From assembly GCA_965207615.1 (NCBI GenBank), contig CBDBMZ010000003.1:6463972-6527971 (forward strand): 64,000 nt of DNA. The letters are read 5' to 3'. Of the stretch, positions 35,579 to 44,282 are shown one piece after another (position 1 is the first letter of the stretch; every line of letters starts with the position of its first letter). The notes below the pieces were generated by a model. It was given only the letters and a program-made list of their open reading frames with translations. It searched no databases and had not been told where the DNA came from. Origin of the DNA: Vicinamibacterales bacterium (GTDB lineage Bacteria > Acidobacteriota > Vicinamibacteria > Vicinamibacterales > UBA8438). The translations under genes and the position numbers were made by a program.

Positions 35579-36949
35579 CTATGGCGCAGATCCCGGGGGC
35601 TCGGGCTCCCCGTCCGGCTTCGCCGTGCCCTGCAGCTCGAGCAGCAGCGGGTGCTCCAGCCGCTCGGCCACCCACCGCAGGAAGCGCACCGCGTCGGCGC
35701 CGTCGATGAGCCGGTGGTCGTAGGACAGCGACAGCGGCAGCATCGGCCGGGGCTCGAACCGGTTGCCGGCCCAGACCGGCGCCGGCGCCGACCGCGACAT
35801 CCCGAGGATGGCCACCTCGGGGTGGTTGACGATGGGTGTGAACGCGGTCCCGCCGAGGCCTCCGAGGTTGGTGATGGTGAACGTGCCGCCCTCGAGGCGC
35901 TCGCGCGGGAGCCCGGTGGTGCGCGCCGCCGCCGCCACCTCGGCGATCTCCGTGGACAGGGCCGCGAGGCCCTTGCGGTCGGCCTCGGGAATGACCGGCA
36001 CGATGAGCCCCCGCTCGGTGTCGACGGCCACCCCGATGTTGACGTACCGCTTGTAGACGATCTCGCCGCGCGCGATGTCGATGGACGCGTTGAACTGCGG
36101 GAACTCCCTGAGCGCGGCCGCGCAGACGGCCACCGCGAACGCGGTGACGGTCAGCGGCAGATCGGGCGTCGTACGCTTGAGGGTCCGGCGCACCGCCTCG
36201 AGCTCGCCGACGTCCGCGCGGTCGTGCTGCGTGACGTGCGGCACCGTCTGCCACGACGTGCTCATCCGGCGCGCGACCGTTCGGCGCACGTTGCGCATCG
36301 GCGTGCGCTCGATCGGTCCCCACCGGGAGAAGTCGGGCAGGGCGGGGGCCGGAGGCTGCGCGGGAGCGGGCGGCTGCCCCGGACCGGCAGGCTGGGGCGC
36401 AGGCGAGCGCAACTGCTCCATCGCCCGTCGGGCGTGCGCCTTGACGTCGTCGAGGCTCACCCGGCCGTTGGCGCCGGAGCCCTCCACGGCGTCGATGTCG
36501 ACGCCGATCTCTCGCGCCAGCTTGCGCACCGACGGGGCGGCCAGCGCACGGCGCCGGGGTGTCGTGGACTGCGGTTCGGGGGGCGTCGGCGCGGCCGGGG
36601 AAGGAGGCGTCGGGCCCGTCGCCGGGCTCGGTGCGGGCTCGGCGACGGGCGTCTCCGCCGCCGGTGCCTCGGCCCCGGCCTCGGTCGGCGCATCCTCTAC
36701 CGGTCCGTCTCCATCCGCGTCGAGGGAGGCTATCAGCCCCCCGACGGCGAGGGTAGCGCCCGCCTCGGCTGCCACCTTGGTGACGGTGCCCGCCACCGGA
36801 GACGGCACCTCAACCGTCGCCTTGTCGGTCTCGATCTCCAGCAGCGCCTGGTCGACCGCCACCGTGTCTCCCGGGGCCACCAGCACCCGCACTACGTCGG
36901 CGCGTTCCACGCCTTCGCCCAGCTCCGGCAGCCTGACCTCTGTCGCCAA
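35579..36949 (-). CDS. aceF: Dihydrolipoamide acetyltransferase, E2 of the pyruvate dehydrogenase complex
   Basis: Lipoyl domain [16 protein letters not shown]3-binding [21 protein letters not shown], catalytic [20 protein letters not shown] start with GGAGAAAG RBS. Confidence 0.9.
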   Translation of the reverse strand: MATEVRLPELGEGVERADVVRVLVAPGDTVAVDQALLEIETDKATVEVPSPVAGTVTKVAAEAGATLAVGGLIASLDADGDGPVEDAPTEAGAEAPAAETPVAEPAPSPATGPTPPSPAAPTPPEPQSTTPRRRALAAPSVRKLAREIGVDIDAVEGSGANGRVSLDDVKAHARRAMEQLRSPAPQPAGPGQPPAPAQPPAPALPDFSRWGPIERTPMRNVRRTVARRMSTSWQTVPHVTQHDRADVGELEAVRRTLKRTTPDLPLTVTAFAVAVCAAALREFPQFNASIDIARGEIVYKRYVNIGVAVDTERGLIVPVIPEADRKGLAALSTEIAEVAAAARTTGLPRERLEGGTFTITNLGGLGGTAFTPIVNHPEVAILGMSRSAPAPVWAGNRFEPRPMLPLSLSYDHRLIDGADAVRFLRWVAERLEHPLLLELQGTAKPDGEPEPPGSAP

Positions 36950-36988
36950 CCGTCTTTCTCCGTGCGAGTGCGCCGTCCCTGCCGCTCG

Positions 36989-39646
36989 TCAGCTCACAGC
37001 GGGGTCCGGCTTGTCCGGGTCGATGTCGAGATCCGCGATGGCCCGCGCCACGACCGCCGGCTCCACCGCGCCGTCACCGGCCAGGCCCTGCAGCGCCGCC
37101 ACCGCGATGAACCGCGCGTCCACCTCGAAGAACTCGCGCAGCGCCTCGCGGGTGTCGCTGCGCCCGAACCCGTCGGTGCCCAGCGTCACCAGCCGCGCGT
37201 CGAGCCACCGCCCGAGGGCGTCGGGCAGCGCCTTGACGTAGTCGCTCGCCGCCACCACGACCCCCGCCGACGGGCCGAGGCACTGCGTCAGCCAGGGCAC
37301 GCGCGGCGCTTCGAGCGGGTGCAGCCGGTTCCAGCGGTCGCACGCGTGCCCGTCGCGGTGGAGCTGCCCCCAGCTCGTCACGCTCCACACGTCGGCGGCC
37401 ACGTCGTAGCCCTCGAGCAGCGTCTGGGCCGCGAGGGCCTCGCGCAGGATCGCCCCGCTGGCGAGGAGCTGCGCCCGGTGCGTCCTCGGCCCGGGGGCCG
37501 GCCGCAGCCGGTACAGCCCCCGCAGGATGCCCTCGCGCGCCCCGTCGGGCATCGCCGGCATCGGATAGGCCTCGTTCTCGACCGTCAGGTAGTAGAACAC
37601 GCTCTCGCCGTCGACGTACATGCGGCGCATGCCGTCCTCGACGATGACGGCCAGCTCGTAGGCGTAGGCCGGGTCGTAGGCGAGCAGGTTGGGCACGGGG
37701 CTCGCGAGCAGGTGGCTCTGGCCGTCCTGGTGCTGCAGGCCCTCGCCGGCGAGGGTCGTGCGGCCCGCCGTGCCCCCCACCAGGAACCCCCGGCACCGCG
37801 AGTCGGCGGCGGCCCAGATGAGGTCGCCGACGCGCTGCAGCCCGAACATCGAGTAGAAGATGAAGAACGGGATGGTGTTGACCCCGTGCGTCGCGTAGGC
37901 GGTGCCCGCCGCGATGAACGACGACATCGACCCCGCCTCGGTGATGCCCTCCTCGAGAATCTGCCCGTCCTCGCCCTCGCGGTAGTAGAGCAGGGTGGCG
38001 TGGTCGACCGGCTCGTAGAGCTGCCCCGCGTGCGCGTAGATGCCCACCTGCCGGAACAGGGCCTCCATCCCGAACGTCCGCGCCTCGTCGGGCACGATGG
38101 GCACGATCAGCTCGCCGACGTCGGGGTCGCGCAGCAGCCGGCTCAGCAGCCGGGCGAACCCCATGGTCAGCGACGCCTCGCGCCCGCCGGTGCCCGCGTG
38201 GAGCTCCGTGAACGGCTCGGCCGGCACCTCGCGCAGGGGCGCGGCCCGCGACCGCCGCTGCGGGACGGGTCCGCCGAGGGCCTCGCGGCGGCTCCGCAGG
38301 TAGGCCATCTCCGGCGTGTCCGGGCCCGGCGCATAGAAAGGCAGCTCGGCGATCTCGTCGTCCGACAGGGGGATGCCGAACCGGTCGCGGAACGCGCGCA
38401 GCTCGTCCTCGTTCAGCTTCTTCTGCTGGTGGGTGATGTTGCGGCCCTCGCCGCCCTCGCCGAGCCCGTAGCCCTTGATGGTGCGGGCGAGGATGACGGT
38501 GGGGCTGCCGCGGTGGGCCGCCGCCGCCGCGAACGCCGCGTGGACCTTGGCGGGGTCGTGCCCCCCGAGCCGCAGCTTCTTCAGCTCGCCGTCGGTCAGG
38601 TGGTCCACGCGGTCCTGCATGCCCGCCCAGAAGTGGTCGCGCATGTACGCGCCCGACTCGACGGCGTACTTCTGGTACTGCCCATCGACCGTCTCGCTCA
38701 TGCGGCGGACGAGCTGCCCGTCCCGGTCGTCGGCGAGGAACGCGTCCCAGTCGCGCCCCCAGATCACCTTGATGGCGTTCCAGCCCGCCCCGCGGAACGC
38801 CGCCTCGAGCTCCTGGATGATCTGCCCGTTCCCCCGCACCGGCCCGTCGAGCCGCTGCAGGTTGCAGTTGACGACGAAGATCAGGTTGTCGAGCTGCTCG
38901 CGCGCGGCGAGGGTGATGGCCCCCAGCGACTCGGGCTCGTCGGTCTCCCCGTCGCCCACGAACACCCACACCTTGGCGTCGGACGGCGGCAGCAGGTCCC
39001 GGTCCTCGAGGTACCGCTGGAACCGGGCCTGGTAGATGCCCATGATCGGCCCGAGCCCCATCGACACGGTGGGGAATTCCCAGAAGTCGGGCATCAGCCA
39101 CGGGTGCGGGTACGACGACAGGCCCGGCCCCCGCAGCTCGCGCCGGAAGTTCTCGAGCTGCCCCGGGGTGATGCGCCCCTCCAGGTAGGCGCGGGCGTAG
39201 ACCCCCGGCGCCGCGTGGCCCTGGTAGTAGACGAGGTCGGCGGGCTGGGTCTCGGTGGCGGCCCGGAAGAAGTGGTTGAACCCCACCTCGTAGAGGGTCG
39301 CGGCCGACGCGTAGGTCGAGATGTGCCCGCCGATGCCGTCCGCCTCGCGGTTGGCGCGCACCACCATCGCCAGCGCGTTCCAGCGGACGAGGCTCTTCAG
39401 CCGCTGCTCGAGGTCGCGGTCGCCGGGATAGGCGGGGTCCTCCTCGGCCGGGATGGTGTTGACGTAGGGCGTGTTCGCCGTGAACGGGAGCTGCACCCCG
39501 GCGTGCTCCGCCCGGCGGGTCAGCTCCTGCAGCAGCCTACCGGTCGCGGTCAGCCCGTGGTGGTCGATGACGGCGTCGAGCGAGTCGAGCCAGTCGCGTA
39601 TCTCCTCCCGGTCGAGCTCGGGAAGGTCCCGTGTCGTGTCGGTCAT
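36989..39646 (-). CDS. aceE: Pyruvate dehydrogenase E1 component, homodimeric type
   Basis: 885 aa. GGHISTYASAATLYEVGFNHFF, VFVGDGETDEPESLGA, GEGLQHQDGQSH. Confidence 0.95.
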   Translation of the reverse strand: MTDTTRDLPELDREEIRDWLDSLDAVIDHHGLTATGRLLQELTRRAEHAGVQLPFTANTPYVNTIPAEEDPAYPGDRDLEQRLKSLVRWNALAMVVRANREADGIGGHISTYASAATLYEVGFNHFFRAATETQPADLVYYQGHAAPGVYARAYLEGRITPGQLENFRRELRGPGLSSYPHPWLMPDFWEFPTVSMGLGPIMGIYQARFQRYLEDRDLLPPSDAKVWVFVGDGETDEPESLGAITLAAREQLDNLIFVVNCNLQRLDGPVRGNGQIIQELEAAFRGAGWNAIKVIWGRDWDAFLADDRDGQLVRRMSETVDGQYQKYAVESGAYMRDHFWAGMQDRVDHLTDGELKKLRLGGHDPAKVHAAFAAAAAHRGSPTVILARTIKGYGLGEGGEGRNITHQQKKLNEDELRAFRDRFGIPLSDDEIAELPFYAPGPDTPEMAYLRSRREALGGPVPQRRSRAAPLREVPAEPFTELHAGTGGREASLTMGFARLLSRLLRDPDVGELIVPIVPDEARTFGMEALFRQVGIYAHAGQLYEPVDHATLLYYREGEDGQILEEGITEAGSMSSFIAAGTAYATHGVNTIPFFIFYSMFGLQRVGDLIWAAADSRCRGFLVGGTAGRTTLAGEGLQHQDGQSHLLASPVPNLLAYDPAYAYELAVIVEDGMRRMYVDGESVFYYLTVENEAYPMPAMPDGAREGILRGLYRLRPAPGPRTHRAQLLASGAILREALAAQTLLEGYDVAADVWSVTSWGQLHRDGHACDRWNRLHPLEAPRVPWLTQCLGPSAGVVVAASDYVKALPDALGRWLDARLVTLGTDGFGRSDTREALREFFEVDARFIAVAALQGLAGDGAVEPAVVARAIADLDIDPDKPDPAVS

Positions 39647-39868
39647 TCAGCTCAGCGGCTTGCTGGGGGCGGGTGGGGGTCCATGCTCCGACAGGTATCG
39701 ACGCAGCGCTTCGTTGACCGTAGCCGAGTCGCGGAACAGGCGGGCGACATCCGGCTCCAGGAGCACGACGTTGGTGCCCTGTCGGTAGCGCCGGAAGTAC
39801 TTTCCTCGGACACCTCCGCGCAGGTCGTACTCCGGCCTCATGTCGTGTTCGTCCGACTCGTCACTCAC
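39647..39868 (-). CDS. Small antitoxin-like protein (73 aa)
   Basis: RPEYDLRGGVRGKYF...VVLLEPDVARLFRDSATVNEALRRYL resembles the 'EYDFSxxxRGKY ... LDxDV..F' pattern of small type II antitoxins. Its stop directly abuts the aceE start codon. Confidence 0.5.
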   Translation of the reverse strand: MSDESDEHDMRPEYDLRGGVRGKYFRRYRQGTNVVLLEPDVARLFRDSATVNEALRRYLSEHGPPPAPSKPLS

Positions 39869-39875
39869 GTTCTCC

Positions 39876-40046
39876 TCAGGATCCGTAGGCGTCGTCGAGG
39901 TGCCGATCGTGATTCTGGGCTACCCGGGTCTCGCCGCGTGGGTCGCGGTACTTGCCGCAGACGGCGAGCGCCGCCCGTACGCGATCATCGCGCGACGGCG
40001 CCGTCGTTTCGCGGTCCTCGGCAAGCTGTCCCTGAGTACGCACCAT
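39876..40046 (-). CDS. Small hypothetical protein (56 aa), antitoxin-like C-terminal motif
   Basis: MVRTQGQLAEDRE...RVRAALAVCGKYRDPRGETRVAQNHDRHLDDAYGS. It lies 7 nt upstream of the 73-aa gene. The call rests only on ORF and context. Confidence 0.3.
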   Translation of the reverse strand: MVRTQGQLAEDRETTAPSRDDRVRAALAVCGKYRDPRGETRVAQNHDRHLDDAYGS

Positions 40047-40223
40047 GACGGCCAGTGTAACATCGGCCGATGAGGCCCCCACCGACCGCGGGCGCGCGGG
40101 CACGTCACGCCTCTGACGCGATCGGCACGCCGGTGACGAGCGGGTCTTGACGAAGCGGATGTCCTCGTCGAGCGTCCCTTCGCGGCCGCTTCCTCCGGTC
40201 CGAAACCGGTGCGTCAGATGGGA

Positions 40224-40259
40224 TTGCACAAATTGAAAGTAGCACTTTCAATTCAACAC
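40224..40259 (+). promoter_or_regulatory. AT-rich perfect palindrome overlapping a promoter-like TTGCAC-N17-TTCAAT
   Basis: AATTGAAAGT-AGC-ACTTTCAATT (40231-40253) has 10-bp perfect arms. It lies 29 nt upstream of the GTG of the AAA/DUF4143 gene, in otherwise GC-rich DNA. Confidence 0.5.
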
Positions 40260-40281
40260 CGATTCGCCTAGCATCACCTTC

Positions 40282-41484
40282 GTGGTCCCCCGCACGATCG
40301 CGCCGCTGCTCGAGGATCTGTTCCGCCGGTACCCGTTCGTCACGGTCACCGGCCCGCGGCAGTCGGGCAAGACGACGCTCTGCCGGACGGCCCTGCCCGA
40401 CCTCGCCTACGTCAATCTGGAATCGCCGAACCACCGGCAGTTCGCCGAGGAGGACCCGAAGCGGTTCATCGCGACGTGGCCGGGCGGCGTGATTCTCGAC
40501 GAGATCCAGCGCGTCCCGTCGCTGCTCTCCTGGCTGCAGGTGTTCGCCGACGAGCACGGCGGGAACGGCCTCTTCGTGCTGACCGGCAGCGGGCAGTTCC
40601 TGCTGTCGGACCGGATCGACCAGTCCCTCGCGGGCCGCATCGCCCTCCTGCGGCTGCTGCCCTTCTCGCTGGACGAGCTTCGGAAGGCGGGTGCGGCTAC
40701 CGGCGTGGACGACCTGCTCTTCGCCGGCTTCTATCCCCGCATCCACGACCAGGGCCTCGACCCGACCCAGGCCCTGGGCGACTACGTCGAGACGTACGCC
40801 GAACGCGACGTGCGCCGCATGCTGGAGATCAGGAACCTCACGGCGTTCCAGCGGTTCTTGCGCCTATGCGCGGGCCGGGTCGGACAGTTGCTCAATCTCT
40901 CCTCCCTCGGCGCCGACGCGGGGGTGTCGCACGCGACCGCGCGGCACTGGCTCTCGGTGCTCGAAGCCAGCTACATCGTGTTCCGTCTGCCGCCGTACCG
41001 CGGCAACCTGAGCAAGCGGCTCGTCAAGTCGCCCAAGCTCTACTTCCACGACGTCGGGCTCGCGAGCTGCCTCCTGGGCATCGAGAGCGTCCGGCAGGTG
41101 CGGACGCATCCCCTGCGCGGCGCCCTCTTCGAGAACGTGGTAGTGGCGGAAGCCCTCAAGCACGGCTACAACCGCGGGCGCCGGCCCGAGCTCTCCTTCT
41201 TCCGCGACAGCCGCGGCCTCGAGTGCGACCTGTTGTACCCCTCCGGCGGCCGCCTGCTGGCGATCGAGATCAAGTCTGGGGCCACCATCGCGTCGGACTG
41301 GTTCGGCGCCCTCGGGCGGGTCGTGCCCCTGCTGCCCGGCTGCGACACCGGCGCTGTCGTCCACGGCGGCGACGAACGCCAGACCCGCGCCGCCGGCGAG
41401 GCGGTCCCTCTCGCCGACTTCAGCCGCCTGCTCGCGCGCTTCGACGCAGCCGACGCACCAACGAGTGAAGATCGTCTCTCATAG
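40282..41484 (+). CDS. AAA-family ATPase with C-terminal DUF4143 domain
   Basis: VTGPRQSGKTTL Walker A, ILDEIQRVP Walker B, LFVLTGS, then the ERDVRRM...FQRFLRLCAGRVGQLLN region typical of AAA_14/DUF4143 proteins. Confidence 0.85.
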   Translation: MVPRTIAPLLEDLFRRYPFVTVTGPRQSGKTTLCRTALPDLAYVNLESPNHRQFAEEDPKRFIATWPGGVILDEIQRVPSLLSWLQVFADEHGGNGLFVLTGSGQFLLSDRIDQSLAGRIALLRLLPFSLDELRKAGAATGVDDLLFAGFYPRIHDQGLDPTQALGDYVETYAERDVRRMLEIRNLTAFQRFLRLCAGRVGQLLNLSSLGADAGVSHATARHWLSVLEASYIVFRLPPYRGNLSKRLVKSPKLYFHDVGLASCLLGIESVRQVRTHPLRGALFENVVVAEALKHGYNRGRRPELSFFRDSRGLECDLLYPSGGRLLAIEIKSGATIASDWFGALGRVVPLLPGCDTGAVVHGGDERQTRAAGEAVPLADFSRLLARFDAADAPTSEDRLS

Positions 41485-41806
41485 CGTCGACCGTCTTCGA
41501 GTTCGACGCGCCGGTCCGCGAGTCCCGATGGGGCGGGATCCGCTCGCCGAACTTCTTGGAAAGCGGCATGCGGATCCCAGTCGTCCAGCGGCCGAAACGC
41601 CTCGTCGTCCGCCACCAGCAGACGCGGGGTCGTCGTCATGCAGCGGCGCCAGTCGGGGCGCCCCGTCGGCAGGAGCCGCGCCACCTCCGCGCCGTTCCTG
41701 TTACAGAACGCTCGCGACGCCGCGCAGGCGGGTGCCCTGCCAGCCAGCGTCGCTGATGTCGCGACGGAGCAGTGTGAACCATAAATACGGTATCCTGTGA
41801 AGCCAT

Positions 41807-42052
41807 ATGAAGACCACCATCGAGCTTCCGGACGATCTCTTCATTGCCGCGAAGAAGCGGGCCGTGGAATCACGAACGACGCTGCGCGCCCTGGTCGAGC
41901 GCGGTCTCCGCCAAGAGTTGCGCGGCTATCGGCCCGGCGGTCGGGCGGCGCGATCGAGCATTCGGTGGGTGACGGTCGATGGCGGTCTGCCGCCTGCAGT
42001 CGAGCCGGGTGACCGCGCATCGATGAGCGACTGGATTCGCAGGAATCGATGA
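41807..42052 (+). CDS. vapB: VapB-type antitoxin (second pair)
   Basis: MKTTIELPDDLFIAAKKRAVESRTTLRALVERGLRQEL. ATGA overlap with the PIN gene. Confidence 0.8.
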   Translation: MKTTIELPDDLFIAAKKRAVESRTTLRALVERGLRQELRGYRPGGRAARSSIRWVTVDGGLPPAVEPGDRASMSDWIRRNR

Positions 42053-42513
42053 TCGCGCTCGACACGAACCTTCTGGTCTACGCGCATCGGTCGGCCGTTG
42101 CCGAGCATCGCGCGGCGCGCCGGGCCATCGTCCGGGCGCGTGCATCGTCTGCCGGATGGGGCTTCAGCCTGCCCGTCGTCGGCGAGTTCTGGAGTGTGGT
42201 GACGCATCCGACGGCGGCGGGCCGGCCCTCGGCGCCCGAGGAGGCGCGCCGCTTCGTCGTCGCGCTCGAGTCGGCCGGGGCCGAGATCTGGACGCCTGGC
42301 GTCGGTTTCGCGGCGCGCCTGACCCAACTGGCGATCGATCTGTCCGTCACCGGCCCTCGGATCTTCGATCTGCAGATCGCCCTGATGGCGTTCGAAGGAG
42401 GAGCGACCGAGCTGTGGACGGCCGACCGCCGTTTCGTCTCGGTGCCCGGGCTTCCGGTCGTGTCTGCGTTCGAAGCTGCTGTGAAACCAGATGAAGACCA
42501 TGACAACGACTGA
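42049..42513 (+). CDS. vapC: PIN-domain toxin VapC (second pair)
   Basis: MIALDTNLLVYAHR, VVGEFWSVVTHP, IFDLQIALMAFEGGATELWTADRRF. Confidence 0.85.
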   Translation: MIALDTNLLVYAHRSAVAEHRAARRAIVRARASSAGWGFSLPVVGEFWSVVTHPTAAGRPSAPEEARRFVVALESAGAEIWTPGVGFAARLTQLAIDLSVTGPRIFDLQIALMAFEGGATELWTADRRFVSVPGLPVVSAFEAAVKPDEDHDND

Positions 42514-42553
42514 CGCCGAGCGCCGCGCGCGGGACTCGGGGAAAGGAGAGTGG

Positions 42554-43021
42554 ATGGAGATACGCATCGACGACGGCGGAGTGGCAAACGGGCTTCCGGC
42601 CATCCTGATCGACGGCCGCGAAGCGGGGCGGCTCATCCCGACGCCGACCGGCTTCAAGGCCAGGATGTCGCGCTGGCTGGCGTACGACGACGAGGAGTTC
42701 GGGAACATCACGAACGCGCGGGCGTTCTTCGAGCGCGAGTTCGCCGACGTTGAGACCAGCGAACCCGTACCGGAACGCGAGCGCACGAACATCGTCCTCT
42801 CGGCCGGCGACGGGGGGATTCCGGCCCGAGGGAGTGGATCCTCACGGCCGACGGTCGCGAGATCGGACGGCTCGTCCCGTACGGTCGGAAGGGTGCCCTG
42901 ATGGCGCGGATGAGCCCTGTGGACGGCGTACGACGGGACGACGTTCGCCGATGCCGACGCCGCGCGCATGTACTTCGACACCGAGTTCAACGGCACGCCG
43001 CAGGAGGCGGCGACGCCATGA
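42554..43021 (+). CDS. Hypothetical protein made of two tandem ~65-aa repeats (needs two compensating frameshifts)
   Basis: AAAGGAGAG RBS before the ATG at 42554. Repeat 1: EWMEIRIDD...DGREAGRLIPTPTGFKARMSRWLAYDDEEFGNITNARAFFEREF. Repeat 2 is spread over two frames: EWILTADGREIGRLVPYGRKGALMARMS / LWTAYDGTTFADADAARMYFDTEF...*. Shifts at G6 (42812-42817) and C3 (42915-42917). The stop overlaps the next ATG. Confidence 0.45.
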
Positions 43022-43293
43022 GGATAACCATCACCGACGACGAGGGCGAGGTGTTGGCCATCCACGAGGTGGGCCAGCAGGCCGCCGCCTACCTGGGACA
43101 CCTGATCGAGCCCCGCTCGTTCCCGGCCCCGGTCCCCGAGACCCAGCCGGAGGACGCCGACGCGCAGGAGGTTCTCGACGACATCCTGACGGCCTGCCGC
43201 AACGAGATCAACGATTCCCGCCACGGCGCGACAACGCCCTACGAGGACCCCGAGCAGCGGCCCGGCTGGGCCAGCCCACGGCCGAGTGGATGA
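43018..43293 (+). CDS. Hypothetical acidic protein (91 aa)
   Basis: MRITITDDEGEVLAIHEVGQQAAAYLGHLIEP.... ATGA overlaps with both neighbours. No recognised domain. Confidence 0.5.
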   Translation: MRITITDDEGEVLAIHEVGQQAAAYLGHLIEPRSFPAPVPETQPEDADAQEVLDDILTACRNEINDSRHGATTPYEDPEQRPGWASPRPSG

Positions 43294-44282
43294 CTCGACG
43301 ACGCCTGCTGGAGGCGCTCGGGCGGCTCAACGTCTGGCATCAGGGCGACAGGCGGGCGCCGCACAAGCCGCTGCTTCTGTTGCTGGCGTTGGGTCGGGTG
43401 GGGCGCGGCGACGGGCGGTTCGCGTCGTACGAACACGACGTGCACGAACCGCTGGCGAAGCTGCTCAGAGACTTCGGGCCGCCGGTCAAGGGCGGTGTCG
43501 CACCCGATCGTCCCTTCTGGCACTTGCAGTCCGAACGGCTGGAGTCCGGCGAAGGCGCCGCGGGCAGTGCACTCTGGCAGGTCACCTTCGACGACGAGCG
43601 TTTCTCACCTGCGTTGTCGGAGAAGCCGCGAGCGGCGGCGCTGAAGCGTCACGGCGCGATGGGTGGCCTGGCGGAGCCGCTGTACCGGCGGCTGCGCCGG
43701 GACCCGGCGCTGGTCGAGGCGGCGGCGGAGTTGCTGCTGGACGGGCATTTCCCGGAGTCGATGCACGACGCCATCCGGGAGCGGGTGGGGCTGCGGCGGG
43801 AGACAGCAGGCGGGGCGTCGTTGGTGCGTGAGGAGCGGGAGGCCGACGATGCGGCAGTCCCGCGTCGGCCGCGCGATCCCGATTTCCGCGACGCGGTGCT
43901 GCGGGCCTACGAGCGGCGCTGCGCGGTGTGCGACTTCGACCTGCGCATCGCCGACGACCTGTTCGGCCTGGAAGCGGCGCACATCAAGTGGCATGCGGCT
44001 GGGGGACCGGATCGCGTGCCGAACGGCCTCGCGCTCTGCACCCTTCACCACAAGGCGCTCGACCGGGGCGTCATCGGTCTGGAGCCCCGATCCCGTGAGT
44101 ACCGCCTGCTCGTGTCCAACGAGTTGACGGGGCGAAGTGCGGCTTTCAGCGACGTGCTCGGCCTGCGCGGCCGGCCGCTCCGTCCGCCGCAGGAAGAGGA
44201 TCTGCAGCCCGATCCGCGCTTCGTCGACTGGCATCGCCGCGAGGTATTTCGCGGTGAGCCTCGGCGGCGGCCCCGAGCCTGA
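43290..44282 (+). CDS. HNH endonuclease with N-terminal modified-DNA (phosphorothioate?) sensing-type domain
   Basis: N-terminus RRAPHKPLLLLLALGRV...PFWHLQSE. C-terminus FRDAVLRAYERRCAVCDFD...LEAAHIKWHAAGGPDRVPNGLALCTLHHKALDRG (HNH). I recall this architecture as the 'phosphorothioated DNA-binding restriction endonuclease' type; from memory, unverified. Confidence 0.7.
   Translation: MTRRRLLEALGRLNVWHQGDRRAPHKPLLLLLALGRVGRGDGRFASYEHDVHEPLAKLLRDFGPPVKGGVAPDRPFWHLQSERLESGEGAAGSALWQVTFDDERFSPALSEKPRAAALKRHGAMGGLAEPLYRRLRRDPALVEAAAELLLDGHFPESMHDAIRERVGLRRETAGGASLVREEREADDAAVPRRPRDPDFRDAVLRAYERRCAVCDFDLRIADDLFGLEAAHIKWHAAGGPDRVPNGLALCTLHHKALDRGVIGLEPRSREYRLLVSNELTGRSAAFSDVLGLRGRPLRPPQEEDLQPDPRFVDWHRREVFRGEPRRRPRA

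Noticed and set aside
35444-40048. A 1534-aa plus-strand ORF, the longest in the track
   Set aside because: It runs antisense to aceF and aceE, which have unmistakable motifs on the minus strand. Its translation is Arg/Gly/Pro/Ala-rich with no motifs. This is the typical shadow ORF of very GC-rich DNA.
41166-41800. ORFs between the AAA/DUF4143 gene and vapB (41166..41684 minus, 41465..41800 plus)
   Set aside because: The minus ORF overlaps the AAA gene by ~300 bp, and neither translation shows motifs. This may be a gene relic (…RLLVADDEAFRPLDDWDPHAAF…) but is not supportable.
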